Virus record (IMG/VR): IMGVR_UViG_3300005326_000091
Coordinates: 1-36,972 of that record
DNA from: a virus
Taxonomy: Duplodnaviria; Caudoviricetes
Length of the DNA stretch: 36,972 bases
Reading direction: 5' to 3' (one strand)
The notes below the pieces were generated by a model. That model did not search any database. It saw only the letters and a list, made by a program, of their open reading frames with translations, and was not told where the DNA came from. This document shows, one piece after another, positions 35,093 through 36,972 of this stretch (position 1 is its first letter; every line of letters begins with the position of its first letter). The translations under genes were made by a program, and so were the position numbers.

Positions 35093-36193
35093 ATGACAGA
35101 TCAACAGTCAAGTCATGCCGCTAATACGGCCATTGTTGGAACGTATTATTCAAAACGTTTCTTCAAAGAATTTGAACCACAAACATTTTATTATTCATTA
35201 GCCCCAGTTATGGCAGACATGCCAAACTACCAAGGGAAAACGATTAATTTCGATTTCTTCAAAAAAATCCCATATCTTGCTGGCGATGATAGCGATCAGT
35301 TCACCGCACAACAGCTTTACCAATCAGCTAGCGTTGTAACCGCAACTTTGCACGAAAGAGATGGTTACGTACAACTTAGCCGATACCTAGCTATTACTGC
35401 TCGCAATAACATTATGGAAAGAGCCTACGAAAATATTAAACAGGCCGCAGTTAAAACCCTTGATGTTATGATCCGTAATGATATTGGTATGATGGTTGCA
35501 GACGTTGCTAATGCAAGCTCATTGGATTTTGCTAATATGGCAATCGATGGCGGAACATTGCATTCAACCGGTATTACCGCAAGGGTCTGGTCACATGATG
35601 GAACGGCCGCAAATGACAGATTTTCAATGTACCACGATAAAAAACGTATTGCACAATCGGCGTTAGTAAGCTCTTTCGCTAAATCTGGTTTGACCGTTAG
35701 AAGCATTATGCATGGCGTTTCAGTTCTGGAAGGAAAAGACGTTCCGCCTGTTAATGGGACTGGTAAATATATCCTTATTACCCACCCAACTGCGGCCTAT
35801 AATGTAACCACAGCGGCCGGAGGACTAAAAGGCTGGATTTCCCCAACATCATCTGAGCCAATGAGAAAAACACCTTCTCAACTAGGTATTGTTGGCGGAG
35901 CTCAGGTTTATACCACAACCTTAGCTTATAGATTCCCTCTATCTGGAGATACTTTAAGCACTGCGTCCGGAGTGTTATTTTGTTCTTTGTTATTTGGACA
36001 AGACGCTTATGGTTGCGTTAATATCTCTGAGTATGGTTCTAAAGGATTTAAACTATTCCTTAAAGAATCAGGCCCACAGTCAACTAATGACCCAACAAAT
36101 AAAAAGAAACAAGCGGCGTTTAGCATTACAAACGTTGGTAAAATTCTTAATAAATCAGCTGGGCTTTGGTTGTTATCTACCGAACAAGTATAG
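35093..36193 (+). CDS. Major capsid protein (HK97 fold, N4-gp56-like)
   Basis: MPNYQGKTINF, YILITHP, GIVGGAQV, LLFGQDAYG, STNDPTN; AGGAG RBS. Confidence 0.88.
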   Translation: MTDQQSSHAANTAIVGTYYSKRFFKEFEPQTFYYSLAPVMADMPNYQGKTINFDFFKKIPYLAGDDSDQFTAQQLYQSASVVTATLHERDGYVQLSRYLAITARNNIMERAYENIKQAAVKTLDVMIRNDIGMMVADVANASSLDFANMAIDGGTLHSTGITARVWSHDGTAANDRFSMYHDKKRIAQSALVSSFAKSGLTVRSIMHGVSVLEGKDVPPVNGTGKYILITHPTAAYNVTTAAGGLKGWISPTSSEPMRKTPSQLGIVGGAQVYTTTLAYRFPLSGDTLSTASGVLFCSLLFGQDAYGCVNISEYGSKGFKLFLKESGPQSTNDPTNKKKQAAFSITNVGKILNKSAGLWLLSTEQV

Positions 36194-36201
36194 AAATAGT
36201 T

Positions 36202-36238
36202 TTGAAACCCCTACCCCCTCGGGTTATAATAGAGGGGG
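36202..36238 (+). promoter_or_regulatory. Sigma70 promoter whose -10 box lies in the loop of an inverted repeat
   Basis: TTGAAA(36202)-17-TATAAT(36225-36230); CCCCCTC(36214-36220)/GAGGGGG(36232-36238). Confidence 0.65.
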
Positions 36239-36267
36239 AAATTTAATTTTTAAAAAAGTAAAGAAAA

Positions 36268-36576
36268 ATGGAAAATAAATTAGAAGATACCTATAAAATA
36301 ACCGAAATATATTTCACTCATATAAAACCTATCAAAGGATTAATTGGTTTTGTTTCTTTAGTAATCAATGAAAATTTATTTTTTGGCGGTATAGCGGTTT
36401 ATACTAAACTAGATAAAAAAGGCTATAGAATAAGCTATCCGTTCCGAAAAACCTCAAATACGACTTTCAATTATTACCACCCCATAACAAAAGACTTATC
36501 AGCATATTTCGAGAATATAATTACAAAGGAAGTAGAACGCCAAATGATTTTGGTTGCCAGGGATTTTATCGCATGA
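36268..36576 (+). CDS. spoVG: SpoVG-family nucleic-acid-binding protein
   Basis: KITEI, GLIGFVSLVINE, GIAV, ISYPFRK, YYHPITKDL follow the SpoVG pattern. Confidence 0.75.
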   Translation: MENKLEDTYKITEIYFTHIKPIKGLIGFVSLVINENLFFGGIAVYTKLDKKGYRISYPFRKTSNTTFNYYHPITKDLSAYFENIITKEVERQMILVARDFIA

Positions 36577-36905
36577 TTTTTAGCTTTAAAGACAAAATGT
36601 TTATAGGGTTAGATGGTGAATATATGCCTATTTATATAGCTGAAGAACTAGCTGAAAGATTAGCTAAGGCAATTACAGATCAACCTATTATTGCCATGAA
36701 AATAGCTTTACAGCTAACAGCCAACGAAGAGATTGATATTAATGAAGATGAATTAAAATTTCTAAAAGATTTTATTTATAAAACGGAAAGTTTTAGTAAT
36801 TTAGCAAAATATAATATTTTAGAAATATTAGGTGAAGTAATTGATTTTCCGTTAAAAGAAGATGAAGAAAACGAAAATAATATCGGAAAGGTAAAAATTG
36901 AATGA
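36573..36905 (+). CDS. Hypothetical protein
   Basis: ATGA overlaps on both sides, linking spoVG to the first GT across the circular junction. Confidence 0.7.
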   Translation: MIFSFKDKMFIGLDGEYMPIYIAEELAERLAKAITDQPIIAMKIALQLTANEEIDINEDELKFLKDFIYKTESFSNLAKYNILEILGEVIDFPLKEDEENENNIGKVKIE

Positions 36906-36972
36906 AGCCAAAGATAAGCATTGTTATTCCATATTTTAAAAATAAAGATACTATTTCCAAATGTTTATATCA
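36850..36972. repeat. Terminal direct repeat, right copy
   Basis: Identical to 1-123. Confidence 0.97.

Noticed and set aside
1-36972. Stop-codon reassignment
   Set aside because: Long genes are intact under the standard bacterial code, and TAA, TAG and TGA all end genes at sensible boundaries.

Overview
The window is an apparently complete, circularly permuted, AT-rich bacteriophage genome of about 36,849 bp; bases 1-123 repeat at 36850-36972, which looks like an assembly overlap. Morphology is podovirus-like: no tape measure or sheath, but a portal, adaptor, nozzle and three ejection-type proteins. Reading round the circle on the + strand: terS, terL, portal, scaffold, major capsid protein, a SpoVG-like gene, then a glycan-synthesis cassette (GT2/GT-B fusion, nucleotide-sugar dehydrogenase, GT2, SAM methyltransferase, GT4). 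After it come two Ser/Thr-rich proteins with N-terminal signal peptides, tail and ejection genes, a fibre, an M15 endolysin and holin-like genes. A leftward early arm carries Gp157, a RusA split over two frames, a pentapeptide-repeat protein, a truncated YopX, a metallophosphoesterase and many tiny Cys/Zn-finger ORFs, and ends in a cluster of structured non-coding elements that includes an anticodon-less tRNA-like RNA with two T-arms. A DUF6291-type replication initiator contains 11-bp iteron-like repeats. I recognise no integrase, repressor or DNA polymerase, but a dif-like (XerC/D) site lies just upstream of terS. Best candidates for new biology: (i) the glycosylation cassette next to signal-peptide-bearing structural-type proteins, (ii) the dif-like site in an integrase-less tailed phage, (iii) the tRNA-like/structured RNA cluster. 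All family calls come from recognising motifs by eye; no database searches were run.
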